IMG/VR virus record: IMGVR_UViG_3300002835_000015
Span: 32,001-96,000 of that record
Direction: 5' to 3' (one strand)
DNA: 64,000 nucleotides
From: a virus
Below the pieces are notes generated by a model. It did not search any database and was not told where the DNA came from. It saw only the letters and a list, made by a program, of their open reading frames with translations. The position numbers were made by a program, and so were the translations under genes. The first letter of the stretch is position 1. Each line of letters begins with the position of its first letter. Positions 9,921-21,048 of this stretch are shown in pieces.

Positions 9921-12900
9921 TGACTTGTTCTTCATGCGTTATAAATACTAATACTGTATTGCTTTCAGATAGTAAATTATCTGCTAAGATTTCCTCTGTT
10001 AGCAATGGTGCGTCATCAAGAATTTCATCCACATCTGCATTAAGAGAAAATGTTAGTGTATACCGAAATTTTTCAGCGAGACTATCATCTGTATGTTCTA
10101 TCGCTCCGAAAGAAAATGTAGATTTTTCTCTAAAAAAAGATCTATCTCAATCAGCTGTTGGAAATATATCATCTTACACTTCAGCACTTCTAGCTATTAA
10201 TCAAAAACTATTTGGATCTGGAAGTCTTAAGACAAAGAAACCAGACAAGTTCGCTGGATATAAACCCAGCTTTAGGGCTTCTGAAAAACTATATCCAATT
10301 CAAGATATATCTTTCAAAAGCAAACCATCAAATCAAAATATAACTGTATATAAAATTGAGAATAATATTATAAGATCTACTGCGATTTACTCTAGTATAG
10401 ATGACGGGGTTTTCACTCAAGACTATGTGGACAATGGAAAAGTTGGCTCTATTATATCAGATGATTCACAATCTTTTGGCTTTACTTATAGAGTTTTTGC
10501 TAGCGGGGATATAGAATATAAATTTGCTGTTACAACACCTCTTTCTGTCGCAAAGTTAAGTTATTTAGCAGTTAGGGCTTCAGCACCTTTCAGTAGCTAT
10601 ATCAACAAAAAGCCAGAACAGTATAGGCTATATGATATAAAGTTTGAAGACCCAAATGGAAAATTGATAATTCAATATGAAGACATTCTTATTCGCGGAG
10701 AGGGTGAGTCACAATTTACCACTTATATATCTAAACCTCTAATAAATAATTTGTTATTACCAACTTGGGACGCAAATTATCCATCAATGGATATTTCTGG
10801 ACCATATACACTAAGAACTAGTTTTGCATATGATTGTAGTTCTTCTCCATTTAATGTCAATTTTGATTCTGGATATGAACAAACATGTATAATTAATTCA
10901 AATGTTTTAAATCCAAATCCATTTATTGGTTTAAATATCTCTGCCTTAGAAATTGGCAATAGTGGCGGGGTTGGTATACAGAAAGATAATTATCTAAACT
11001 TTTTCACCCAAGTAAGATCAAAGTCTGAGCGTACTAAAAAAATAGTATTGCCTAACCAATTATTACTTACTGACTTCAATAATAAGATATATCCAGAAGC
11101 CAGCAGCGTGTGGAGAACCCCAGATGGCATTTATACAAATACCACCGATTTACAATCTAATGCATTGCTTCAAAAAGTACAAAGCACTAATGTAGATTAT
11201 GGAGATTATATTAATCTTATTTATTCTACCCCTAGTATCGATAGTGGAAGACTAGTTTTGAGATTTGGAACCAATCGGGATAGGATGAATACCTATACTG
11301 ATGGAGCATTCAACTTTGGCGGGAATAAAAGTTTTAATGATGCTATACTTTCAGAATATCAATATGAAGATTATTTTGATGTAGACTACGTTGAACTTAA
11401 AGTAATAGCTAAGAAAAATGCAAATAGTCCCGATTACCCAATAGACGTTGTAGGCTATAGTGATGATAAATTATTGTATGGCACTTCCCCAATTGGTGGA
11501 TTTTTACAGAATGGTGGTACACTAGGATTTAATGAAAACAATGTGCCAAATGTATCTGGATATAATACCTTTAACTTTGGTATGTCTAATAGCTCCCTAT
11601 CTGATCAATCCGAATACTTTAGCAATGACATATCCCCACTTGGTGATCACTATATAATTAACAACTCGGTTGTTGTAAACAGCACAAGCTTTAAAGAGTA
11701 TATAGTACCACTAGAGATTTATTCTGATCCAAGAAAGCTAGGAAATACCAGATATTCTCTTAGTCCATATTTTGAAAATTTATATGTAGACATTTGCCCA
11801 ATACCAAGCGGGGCTTCCATTGCGCATGTTAGTTTGATTTTGTACTATAAGCCCGCCAATGCTCTTTCAATGCATACTCTTGGTAGTCCATCTGATAAAA
11901 ATGCTACTAGAAAAAATATAACACTATTACCATCTTTAAGTGGAACTATTAGTAATCCTAATCTTTCTGGTGGTTCTATAGTTGGATTTACTAATCCATC
12001 TAATTTAAACACAAATTATTCAAGAAGATGGAGGGGAAACACTGGAGAAATAATAATAGGTGGTGATTTTAAGAAGATGGAATTTGATTTCTCGTTTAAT
12101 CATAAGCAAGCAAATAGTCCCTTCTTGAACACTTATATTGATTTTAATAACAAGGTTACCGATAGTAATATATACTCTGACGATGGTGCTTTGGTAGCTC
12201 AACTATCTAATGGCAATGTATCAAGCCATTTACTGTCTAATGTTGGCTGGAGATATTCTTCAGAGCAGCTATTTGGTAGCGTAAGTACTCCATATAAATC
12301 AATCAAATGGGCTAACAATATCGATGACACCTTTGATAAAGCCTTAAGATTATCTGGATCTTCAAGATATTTAAAAGTTTTTTCTACTCCATCCAACAAT
12401 TCATTTTGTATCTTTTTAAGATTTACTCCAGATTATGCAACAAGTTTTCAAACAAAGAACTTACTAGAAGTAGTTTCTCCATCAAATTTAGCCTCCCCCA
12501 AGCTAGTACTATCATATAATAGTGGATCTGATTTGAGACTTGCTACTAATAGTGCTATTATAAATGCAACATCATTTTTTAATCAAAAGTTTCCATTGTC
12601 TTTATTAATTACATATAATGACGATGGAACAAATAGATTAAAGATGTATATTAATAATTCATCAGATGTATATATATCGACACAAGTAAATAACCTTTTT
12701 GCTGGCGATGAAATAATTACTGTAGGAAATTCTATGCCTAGTACCTTCCTTGATCTTCCTATTTTCTTGCATGAATTTGGAATTTCAAAAGATAGTTGCA
12801 ATATAGTAGAGTCTAATCCAGATAGATCTAAAAATCAAATTTCTGTATCTGAATTTTTTGATTCATATAATGTTCCCGCCTCCTATATTGATGATGATAT

Positions 12901-14410
12901 ATCTCAGTGGAAATTAGGAGCTTTTAAGGTTTGTCAATTCTCACCAGATTTCGATTTTTTTACTAAAAGAATTGGTAAGGACTTTATAACATTCAACTTG
13001 AGTCATAACGGATCTGGATATTATCAAACAACAAATCTTACTTTACCAAACAATATAAATCTATCCGGGGTAGCTTATCACACTCAAATTGAAAATGACT
13101 TTTTGAGATTTGATCTATCAGATATACCACAAGTTGATCAAGATAGATTCTTTGCTATTTCTCCTAGAATATCTAAAAATTTGCCCAAGGGATATAATTT
13201 TTATGATCAAGCACTATGTGTTGATACTATCTTAGAGCATGATACATACAATAATATCATGTGGTCAAATGGAAAAGTTGGCCCCAAATTCATCGTCAGT
13301 TTATATGCTAAAACTCAAGACTCACTTGAAAGACCAAGTAAACAATTTGGACTAGTAAATAGATCAATACATCACTTAGAACCTTCTGGGTGTGTAAGGA
13401 AAATTACTAGTAAATTTACATTCGATGACATTTTAGATACGTCTGAACCTTGGGCTTCTTTTGATGTTGAGTCTTATTCAAAAGAATTTAAAGAAAAATA
13501 TTTTCTTAATGATATAAATCAGATGTTTTTACAATATGATTTGGTTTATCCTTCTGGTGAACAATTCTCATCTAAAATTAAAATTCATAGTTCTAACATA
13601 AGATCAGATAATGCAATATATTTAAGCGCAACAAAAGATGACACAATGCCTTTATATGTAAGTGGATCACCATACCAGTTTGCATTTTTAAACCTTTTTG
13701 CCCCAGAAAATGGTACATCTATTAATGGTGGATATTTTAATTTGTATGCCAATTCAAACCCACCAGTACAAATACATGAGAGCGGACTAAAACTTTTTGT
13801 TGATAGTAGTGGATATTTTGTTAATCCAGAAATCTGCAACTTGTATACTATAGCAAATGGATCTCTTGATACATCCCAACAAACATTTTCTAGCATGTTT
13901 GGATCAAGTCCAATTAATGGCTTAAATTTATTTGTTAGTGGAAAATTCATTAGAGAAGATGTGATGCCGCTTCATGCAATAGGAAGCGGCTATTATGCAG
14001 ACAATTCATTAAATTGTATGACATTTGGACCGGTGGGATCAGAATTTATAAATGAACAACTACCAATGAGGGTGCGTGGAATAAGTCAGTCTTTTAATGC
14101 CTACCCCTCTTCAGTAATGTCACTCCATACATTTAATGATCAACAGATTATTAATAATTCTAGTTCATCTTTTAATCTGTTTTTATCAGCTTTTAATGCT
14201 ACAATATTTGATACTTCCGGCAATTTACCGCTAATTACTCTAAATTATCCAATATCGGACTCATTAGCATCTAAAAGTGCCACAATCACATGGGACAGTA
14301 ATAATGTCGGTCAGGGTATAACATCTGTAGATAATGTCTATGCTTATGTTGATGCGGATGATAACATAAGAGGAGTCAATTTGGCCTGTTACGGAGACTG
14401 CAACACATGA
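9920..14410 (+). CDS. Large virion/tail protein with LamG/concanavalin-like region and C-terminal short repeats
   Basis: 1496 aa S/N/T-rich. NSFCIFLRF...LLITYND...LKMYIN pattern at ~12330-12790. TAATG overlap with the TMP stop. Confidence 0.6.
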   Translation: MTCSSCVINTNTVLLSDSKLSAKISSVSNGASSRISSTSALRENVSVYRNFSARLSSVCSIAPKENVDFSLKKDLSQSAVGNISSYTSALLAINQKLFGSGSLKTKKPDKFAGYKPSFRASEKLYPIQDISFKSKPSNQNITVYKIENNIIRSTAIYSSIDDGVFTQDYVDNGKVGSIISDDSQSFGFTYRVFASGDIEYKFAVTTPLSVAKLSYLAVRASAPFSSYINKKPEQYRLYDIKFEDPNGKLIIQYEDILIRGEGESQFTTYISKPLINNLLLPTWDANYPSMDISGPYTLRTSFAYDCSSSPFNVNFDSGYEQTCIINSNVLNPNPFIGLNISALEIGNSGGVGIQKDNYLNFFTQVRSKSERTKKIVLPNQLLLTDFNNKIYPEASSVWRTPDGIYTNTTDLQSNALLQKVQSTNVDYGDYINLIYSTPSIDSGRLVLRFGTNRDRMNTYTDGAFNFGGNKSFNDAILSEYQYEDYFDVDYVELKVIAKKNANSPDYPIDVVGYSDDKLLYGTSPIGGFLQNGGTLGFNENNVPNVSGYNTFNFGMSNSSLSDQSEYFSNDISPLGDHYIINNSVVVNSTSFKEYIVPLEIYSDPRKLGNTRYSLSPYFENLYVDICPIPSGASIAHVSLILYYKPANALSMHTLGSPSDKNATRKNITLLPSLSGTISNPNLSGGSIVGFTNPSNLNTNYSRRWRGNTGEIIIGGDFKKMEFDFSFNHKQANSPFLNTYIDFNNKVTDSNIYSDDGALVAQLSNGNVSSHLLSNVGWRYSSEQLFGSVSTPYKSIKWANNIDDTFDKALRLSGSSRYLKVFSTPSNNSFCIFLRFTPDYATSFQTKNLLEVVSPSNLASPKLVLSYNSGSDLRLATNSAIINATSFFNQKFPLSLLITYNDDGTNRLKMYINNSSDVYISTQVNNLFAGDEIITVGNSMPSTFLDLPIFLHEFGISKDSCNIVESNPDRSKNQISVSEFFDSYNVPASYIDDDISQWKLGAFKVCQFSPDFDFFTKRIGKDFITFNLSHNGSGYYQTTNLTLPNNINLSGVAYHTQIENDFLRFDLSDIPQVDQDRFFAISPRISKNLPKGYNFYDQALCVDTILEHDTYNNIMWSNGKVGPKFIVSLYAKTQDSLERPSKQFGLVNRSIHHLEPSGCVRKITSKFTFDDILDTSEPWASFDVESYSKEFKEKYFLNDINQMFLQYDLVYPSGEQFSSKIKIHSSNIRSDNAIYLSATKDDTMPLYVSGSPYQFAFLNLFAPENGTSINGGYFNLYANSNPPVQIHESGLKLFVDSSGYFVNPEICNLYTIANGSLDTSQQTFSSMFGSSPINGLNLFVSGKFIREDVMPLHAIGSGYYADNSLNCMTFGPVGSEFINEQLPMRVRGISQSFNAYPSSVMSLHTFNDQQIINNSSSSFNLFLSAFNATIFDTSGNLPLITLNYPISDSLASKSATITWDSNNVGQGITSVDNVYAYVDADDNIRGVNLACYGDCNT

Positions 14411-17400
14411 ATCGTTGTACAGAAGCTATAGTGGATATTCACGGCATTAGGTGGTATTATCCAGAAATTTGTGTAGACGGTGGCGTATTTAGAGCTAAAA
14501 ATACATATACCAACTTGACATTTCCAAGCGGTTCATTTAAGCATACTCTCACTTCTGTCAATTATATAAGTACAGAAGATGGATTATCTGTTTCTACAGA
14601 AGATAACAATCCTATTCGTACTGAATTACTTGATGTAAGTTACAACCCCATGCCATATAGTGGTCATTTCTATGGGATTAGAAAATATACAGGACTAGCC
14701 CCAAATTTGCCATATACAATTAACATAACGGGCAAGTCTGGATCATCTAGCGCAATAAATATTCCAACAGAAATTATAGAGATGGAATATAACAAAAATG
14801 AAAATTATGGAATTACTAATGACTATGCCGGTTTTAGATTAGCTGATAATATTGAGAGTAGTGGACAGTTTGGTAAATCAATAGCTTCTAAAAGTGATTT
14901 ACTAGCCATTGGGTGTCCCAAGTTATCTATAACATCGCAAAATATAACTTACAAAGACGCTGGTTCTGTTTTCTTATATAGAAGAAATCCTAGACCTTTT
15001 ACTATTGATTGGCCAATAAACAATTATAAATCTGATTGGGTTTTAGAAACACAGCTTACTCTTCCGTCTGGATTCATTGGAGATTATTACAAAAAAGAAG
15101 AAGTGGGGATTGGTGGATTATCATCAGATTTTAAAGGTATCAGAACTTCATGGTTTGTTGGACAAAACGGAAGGCAATTCGGACATTCTTTAGATCTATC
15201 AGTAAATAATAGCAGAAAATCACTTGGCGAAAATAAGCAAGAAATTCTTGTTGTTGGCGGCGTTGGTGCTAAATGGGATAGAACCTTTGAGGAAATACCA
15301 ATATCTGGAGTGTCCGTTGGATTATTTATTTTTACTGATGAATTTGAAAGTGTTATTCCAGCACCAGTGCCTGATAATCCATTAAGAAAAATAACATATC
15401 AAGATATACTATTACATATATATGGTAAAGATGAGGTATTTTATTATTTTTCTGACCCAAGGGTGAAATTTGATGTTAAAATAATGATTTGTGTGCCAAC
15501 GCTAGGATTAGATGCAGACGATCCAGTATTCCCCGACAAACCAGATTTCATAACTTTAAAACGTATAAGTAAAAACTATGGTTATCCGGTATCAGAAGAA
15601 TCTATTTCTGGTACTTTAGATGGTATAAGATCAGCTTTTTTAGAGGCTTTTCCATATTCGAACAATTTGAACAGTGGTATTCCTCCGATGATAGGAATGT
15701 GTATTGATGGCAGTCTTTCCATGGGCGGTAGAGAAGCTTTAGAGCCAGCGATTGATAGATTTATTGATTTTTACAAAAGTTATAGTTTTGCCAGTGGCCT
15801 TAAGGATTTTTATAATGTTCCATCATCTGGCTTTGTTTATGAAATAATATCCGAAAACTCTGATAGCAACTGGATTAATATGTCTAAGTCTATCTTAAAT
15901 GAGGTATTAGATACTGGCAATTTATTCAAAAATGATCAAGTAAGATTTTTTTCCAACAGTGTTGGAACATTCAATGGAAATGATAAAGATTTCAACATTC
16001 CTCCAGATAGTGGCGGTAAAGTATTCATCTTTGAAAAAGAGAGTGGATGCTGGAATTTAATACAAGCCATAAATTCACCAAATGTAACCCGTGAATATAA
16101 TGATAGATTTGGTCATGATGTTGCAATTAGTGATAATGGCGAAGTTATTGTTATAGGATCACCTTATATCAATCAAGCTGTTATGGCCTATGAAAGAAAT
16201 TATGCGGCTAGAGATATGTTCTATTATGGGCTTCCAGCGTGGATACAATCCAATCGTTCAGAAAAATATGCAATACCATTAGAAAAATATTACAAATCAC
16301 CTTCCAGATTAGATGATATAAAAGCTCTTTATTTATCTATAGATCAAGATGATAAATTTCAATCTAGACTAGATATGGGGATAGAAGAATATCAAAATAT
16401 ATATACATATGAACATAGCTCAATGCAACCGGTAGGATCATGGTCATTCATAGCCGCTGAACATGCTCCAACACCCAGACTTGGTTATAGTGTGGCTACT
16501 AATGAGGATGGTAGTGTTATTGTAGCTGGTGCGCCAACCGATAGTTTAAATTTTTACAACGATGCAGATGTATATTATGCATATAACTCTAGCTTCAAAG
16601 GTAAATATTATGGAACTGGATATGTTGATCCAAGTGGACTTATAACTGGTCCAGTAAACTCATCGTGGTCTTCTAGTTTATATGCTGGATCTGCTCATGT
16701 ATTTGAATCTAGAAAATATTATCCACATAATCGCGCTATTGAGTACGGTAGATTTGGAAACCTACATGAAAATATTAGCAATAACACAGCCGACTCTGGA
16801 CATTTTCATTATATATCACAAATTTTTTCTGATAAAAACTTTACTAAGACTGATTTTGATAACTCTGAAATTCCGAATGATGCGGGTTTAGTTTTTATTA
16901 TTACCCCAGCAGTAAATGCGTTGAGTGATGAAGTTGTAAATAATATCAAGAATTGGTTAGCACTTGGTGATAGAAATTTAGTTCTTGTGGCAAATGATCC
17001 TATATGGGAAGCAAGTGGGATTTACGGTAAGTCTAATGAAATTTTAAATAATTTGTTGGACAGGCTTCAGTCTAGGATGAGGATAGTTCCAGCAAGAAAT
17101 CACTATGAATCGCTGCCAAGTGGATATACATCATTCAACAATATTGTTCCATCAGTTATTCCACAGGGATCTACATATACTTATGTTAATAGATCACCAG
17201 CAAGGGCGAGCGGCGTTGCAGATATAAAAGTATTTTTTAGTTATGATGAGCAAATGTCTTGCAAACCAGTTCCGGGTTGTAGTTTAGAATTGGAGTCGCA
17301 GCAAATTCAAACACGATGCGAAATGCCACTAAGAAATTATGGAGATTTAAGAGCATCTTGGAATGAGTTGTGCTGTAAATCAACACCAAATGGTACATTG

Positions 17401-20400
17401 GTTCCAGTTATATATTCTCATAATTGGCCTCTTATTTTTGGTTCTTATACGCCAGACTGTGATGACGTAGCTTTTGAATCTAAACCAACAAAAAATCAAG
17501 AGCCAATTCCAATACTAGTCGCCGCAGAAAAAGTAAGACAAGAAATTATATATCCAGCAGTACCGGCATCTTCGGGATATGAAATTATATATGAAGATAT
17601 TTCTTCTAACTCTATCATACATGAATTTGGTAGTCCAGATGATGGTGCTGAAACTAGTTTTTCTTATGGTCTAAATAGTCAAGAAGGGATTGACTATAAT
17701 TCTATAGAGTACAATATAACTAATAGGCAAAATACTGAATTATTCTATAAACCATTAGATGATCTTGGTGGATTATTGCAAGCTAAAGGTATTGCAAAGA
17801 TAGATGTAGTTCCATATTTATACAAAGAGCAAATCTCAGATAGGGGCTATTTTGCTGTAGAATATTCTTACAAGAAACAAACATCTTCTAAGATAGATAT
17901 TATAGCAAATTTTGAAATTGAATCTAAGTTTGCAGAGGGTGCTGGAGATGCCAATATTTTGTTTTATCAAAATTTAGCATCATCTTCTGAGACTAGGTTC
18001 AAAGAATCTAAGATAGCTCAATTGAATTGGAATGGTAGGCAATTTTTCTCTGATGCATACCCATATTCTCAGGCAAAAGGTGCTTTACAAATTGGAAATA
18101 ATCTTGAACAAAATGTATCTGTATTAAATAGCACATACAATGTAGCTTTTCTTCCGGGCATCAATGGGCAACCATCAAGTGACAATATGCAAAATTTAAC
18201 TGAATGGTTATCATTTGGGAATAAACGCTTGATTATAACGTGTGAAAATACTCTGTCTAGCATAAAAGAAGCCCAAAAGCTATGTGAAACTTTAGAAATA
18301 AATTTAGAGTTACTTACCAATTATTACAACGATAATATTTCTGTCGGTTTTGGATCTTTAACCATAAATCAAAATCACAGAATTGGTGGTAATAATTTTA
18401 CAAATGTAAGAACGATTTTTAGAAATATCGAAGATCCAAACCCCAAATTAATTACGAGTTTATCATCATTTAATTGTGGCGGTCTTTCGTTTTATGCATT
18501 TAAGCTTAATGAAAATGCTATCCCTTTAGCATATCTTGACAGTCCAATTTATGATTACATTCCTAAAGAATATAACAATAATAATTGGGATGTTAATGCC
18601 GGTATAGTAAAATTAAATGTTCCAGTTTTACCGGGATCGGGATATAGATTATTTATCAACTCTGAAGCTCTAGATACTTCAGAAACAGTAAATTTAACAA
18701 TAGATGTAGAAAATGCTTCTTTGTTCCCAAAGATGCCGTATCCAGATTTATCATCCGCATTTATACCAGAGCTAGATAGTAATAGAGAAACATTCGACTC
18801 CAAAAATATTACTACCTCATTTTATAGTTTGAAATGTAACTCTCCAATTTTTAAAGATATTCAAGTTGGTGATACTAATAATATTAACATTTATATTTCA
18901 TGTGTGTCACCTAGACTGAAAAGTGATTATGTTCCAAAGAGCGTAAGATTATTAGGTATATCTGGCGTACCAATTCCAGTATATGAAAAAATTACTACAT
19001 CCACTGTTCAAATACCAGTTGGAGGATTTCTTTATAGAATATCTGACCCAATAGATGAAAGTAGAGAGATAATAGATGTTGTTAGAACAATAAGTACAGA
19101 TAATACAAAATACTGTAAATCTGGATGTGAGTTTTTAGGTAATCAATTAATAGAAGATGGTCCAGTAGTAGCGGCCCAAGAGCTAGAAATATTTTCATCT
19201 TTTGAAGCCGGATTTGCAAGATCAAGAGTCACTGTAATAACAGATTCTAGTATTGTGCAGGGTAGATATTTAATTGATGAAAATGAAACAATAGTAAAGA
19301 GTACTTACGATTTTATTAGAAGTTTGTATCCAGAGACTTATTTTTTCTCAGAAAGATCTGGAAGACAAGTTGATGTCTATAATAAACTTATATCTCCAGA
19401 ACGCGGAAGCCCAACTAAATATCATTCCCGAGCAACAAATCTTGGATTAAATAAGAATTTTGGTAATTTTATTAATGCTCCTTCTGCGCCTATAAATGGT
19501 AATGAATCAAAATATATTCCTAAATATGTTACTAGACCCAAACTTCCTTGGGAAGATGAAATAGATCCTAAGAAAGTAGAAGAAATTAAAAATCAATTTA
19601 TAAGTGGATTTTTACCACAACAATTTCAACACTCTGCTGTATCAAGAATAAGTGGTATTATAGATGGGGTTTCTTACTCTGATGCTACTGTAATAGGTGG
19701 AGTTCCTCAAATCTTGAAAGACAAAGGTTATGATTATCTTGATCTTGATAAATTTCCATCTGGATACCCCGGAGATTTATTTGGATATTCCATTGCCGTA
19801 AAAGGAAAAAAGATTTTAGTTGGCTCCCCATTTTCTGCATTTAATTCAGAAACAATAACACCGTGGAGTAATAATGTTTCATTACGTTTAGGATCAGATG
19901 GTGGTGCTGGTGCTGTTTATATGTTTGAAAAGTCTTCTGATAGTAAATGGGTTAATTCTAATAAATTTAGACCACAATCACTCATGGGACAGTTAAGTGG
20001 AGTAGGAATTTATTCTGACCAGTTTGGCCATTCGGTAGATATACAGAATGATGTTATAGTGGTTGGCTCACCTAATCACAGTTATGGAAATTACTATGAT
20101 TTTATTTATAACAATGGATCATTTTCTAGAAAGAACTTTAATCCACAATTTGATATTCCAGACTTGAAAGTTTATGATCTTGGATATTCTGGAGTTAGAA
20201 ATAGCTTGAATGTAAATAATGCTTATAATAAAAACGCTGGAGCAGTTTACGTTTATGAGAATAAGATTACAGATTGGGAAAATAAAAAACAATCTTGGAC
20301 TCTTGTAGAAAAACTTGTATCTAATCCATCTAATCCAAACGTAGCAAAATACTTTAATGGAAGTGGAGAGAGATTTGGAAATAATGTATATATTACTAGG

Positions 20401-21048
20401 CCATACAGAACTGATGCTGATTATTGTATATTTGCTGGATGTGGATTTGCATCTGGAGTTTCCAAAATTAATGTAGGGGCATCGTATGCAAAAGATATCA
20501 TGCTTAGATCACAAAAGCCTTCTATACCAAGTAGTTCTGCTTGGATATCTGCCAAAGTGTTTGGTAATAGGGATGCTAATGGAGATCCAACAGTCACATT
20601 AGATTTTAATAATATTGGAGATAGTAAAAAATATTATGCAAGTGGCATTGTTATTGCAAATGAAAATGGAACTTTATTTATAGAAGTTTCTGGTCAAGAC
20701 CCGTCAACAAAAGGCTTCATATCTCATAGACCATATATTGAATCTGTTTATGGGTATTACCAATACGGCAAGCTTATGGAGGTTGCTACACCTCTGTATG
20801 TTAGCGGCGGATATATATCCCCAAGCTCTCAAATGCCATTAACTATAAATGTGGAAAATTCTGCATATGTGTATAATACTGTAGGATTGTATAGTGAGGT
20901 AAAATCTGGTGATATTTCTACATATCCATCTGGATTGCCTCTATTTATAGAACCCCCATCCGGGGTATCTCTTGAGTACTTGAATTTGTATTCTAGCGGG
21001 ACAGGAAGTCAAAACGACAATCTTAACTTAAGTATAAGAGGTAAATAA
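14407..21048 (+). CDS. Large virion protein with seven FG-GAP-type propeller repeats and inserted domains
   Basis: 2213 aa. Repeats QFGKSIA..LAIGCP, QFGHSLD, RFGHDVA..VIGSP, LGYSVA..VAGAP, LFGYSIA..LVGSP, QFGHSVD..VVGSP, RFGNNV, several with GAVYxF/Y-type strands. Confidence 0.75.
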   Translation: MNRCTEAIVDIHGIRWYYPEICVDGGVFRAKNTYTNLTFPSGSFKHTLTSVNYISTEDGLSVSTEDNNPIRTELLDVSYNPMPYSGHFYGIRKYTGLAPNLPYTINITGKSGSSSAINIPTEIIEMEYNKNENYGITNDYAGFRLADNIESSGQFGKSIASKSDLLAIGCPKLSITSQNITYKDAGSVFLYRRNPRPFTIDWPINNYKSDWVLETQLTLPSGFIGDYYKKEEVGIGGLSSDFKGIRTSWFVGQNGRQFGHSLDLSVNNSRKSLGENKQEILVVGGVGAKWDRTFEEIPISGVSVGLFIFTDEFESVIPAPVPDNPLRKITYQDILLHIYGKDEVFYYFSDPRVKFDVKIMICVPTLGLDADDPVFPDKPDFITLKRISKNYGYPVSEESISGTLDGIRSAFLEAFPYSNNLNSGIPPMIGMCIDGSLSMGGREALEPAIDRFIDFYKSYSFASGLKDFYNVPSSGFVYEIISENSDSNWINMSKSILNEVLDTGNLFKNDQVRFFSNSVGTFNGNDKDFNIPPDSGGKVFIFEKESGCWNLIQAINSPNVTREYNDRFGHDVAISDNGEVIVIGSPYINQAVMAYERNYAARDMFYYGLPAWIQSNRSEKYAIPLEKYYKSPSRLDDIKALYLSIDQDDKFQSRLDMGIEEYQNIYTYEHSSMQPVGSWSFIAAEHAPTPRLGYSVATNEDGSVIVAGAPTDSLNFYNDADVYYAYNSSFKGKYYGTGYVDPSGLITGPVNSSWSSSLYAGSAHVFESRKYYPHNRAIEYGRFGNLHENISNNTADSGHFHYISQIFSDKNFTKTDFDNSEIPNDAGLVFIITPAVNALSDEVVNNIKNWLALGDRNLVLVANDPIWEASGIYGKSNEILNNLLDRLQSRMRIVPARNHYESLPSGYTSFNNIVPSVIPQGSTYTYVNRSPARASGVADIKVFFSYDEQMSCKPVPGCSLELESQQIQTRCEMPLRNYGDLRASWNELCCKSTPNGTLVPVIYSHNWPLIFGSYTPDCDDVAFESKPTKNQEPIPILVAAEKVRQEIIYPAVPASSGYEIIYEDISSNSIIHEFGSPDDGAETSFSYGLNSQEGIDYNSIEYNITNRQNTELFYKPLDDLGGLLQAKGIAKIDVVPYLYKEQISDRGYFAVEYSYKKQTSSKIDIIANFEIESKFAEGAGDANILFYQNLASSSETRFKESKIAQLNWNGRQFFSDAYPYSQAKGALQIGNNLEQNVSVLNSTYNVAFLPGINGQPSSDNMQNLTEWLSFGNKRLIITCENTLSSIKEAQKLCETLEINLELLTNYYNDNISVGFGSLTINQNHRIGGNNFTNVRTIFRNIEDPNPKLITSLSSFNCGGLSFYAFKLNENAIPLAYLDSPIYDYIPKEYNNNNWDVNAGIVKLNVPVLPGSGYRLFINSEALDTSETVNLTIDVENASLFPKMPYPDLSSAFIPELDSNRETFDSKNITTSFYSLKCNSPIFKDIQVGDTNNINIYISCVSPRLKSDYVPKSVRLLGISGVPIPVYEKITTSTVQIPVGGFLYRISDPIDESREIIDVVRTISTDNTKYCKSGCEFLGNQLIEDGPVVAAQELEIFSSFEAGFARSRVTVITDSSIVQGRYLIDENETIVKSTYDFIRSLYPETYFFSERSGRQVDVYNKLISPERGSPTKYHSRATNLGLNKNFGNFINAPSAPINGNESKYIPKYVTRPKLPWEDEIDPKKVEEIKNQFISGFLPQQFQHSAVSRISGIIDGVSYSDATVIGGVPQILKDKGYDYLDLDKFPSGYPGDLFGYSIAVKGKKILVGSPFSAFNSETITPWSNNVSLRLGSDGGAGAVYMFEKSSDSKWVNSNKFRPQSLMGQLSGVGIYSDQFGHSVDIQNDVIVVGSPNHSYGNYYDFIYNNGSFSRKNFNPQFDIPDLKVYDLGYSGVRNSLNVNNAYNKNAGAVYVYENKITDWENKKQSWTLVEKLVSNPSNPNVAKYFNGSGERFGNNVYITRPYRTDADYCIFAGCGFASGVSKINVGASYAKDIMLRSQKPSIPSSSAWISAKVFGNRDANGDPTVTLDFNNIGDSKKYYASGIVIANENGTLFIEVSGQDPSTKGFISHRPYIESVYGYYQYGKLMEVATPLYVSGGYISPSSQMPLTINVENSAYVYNTVGLYSEVKSGDISTYPSGLPLFIEPPSGVSLEYLNLYSSGTGSQNDNLNLSIRGK

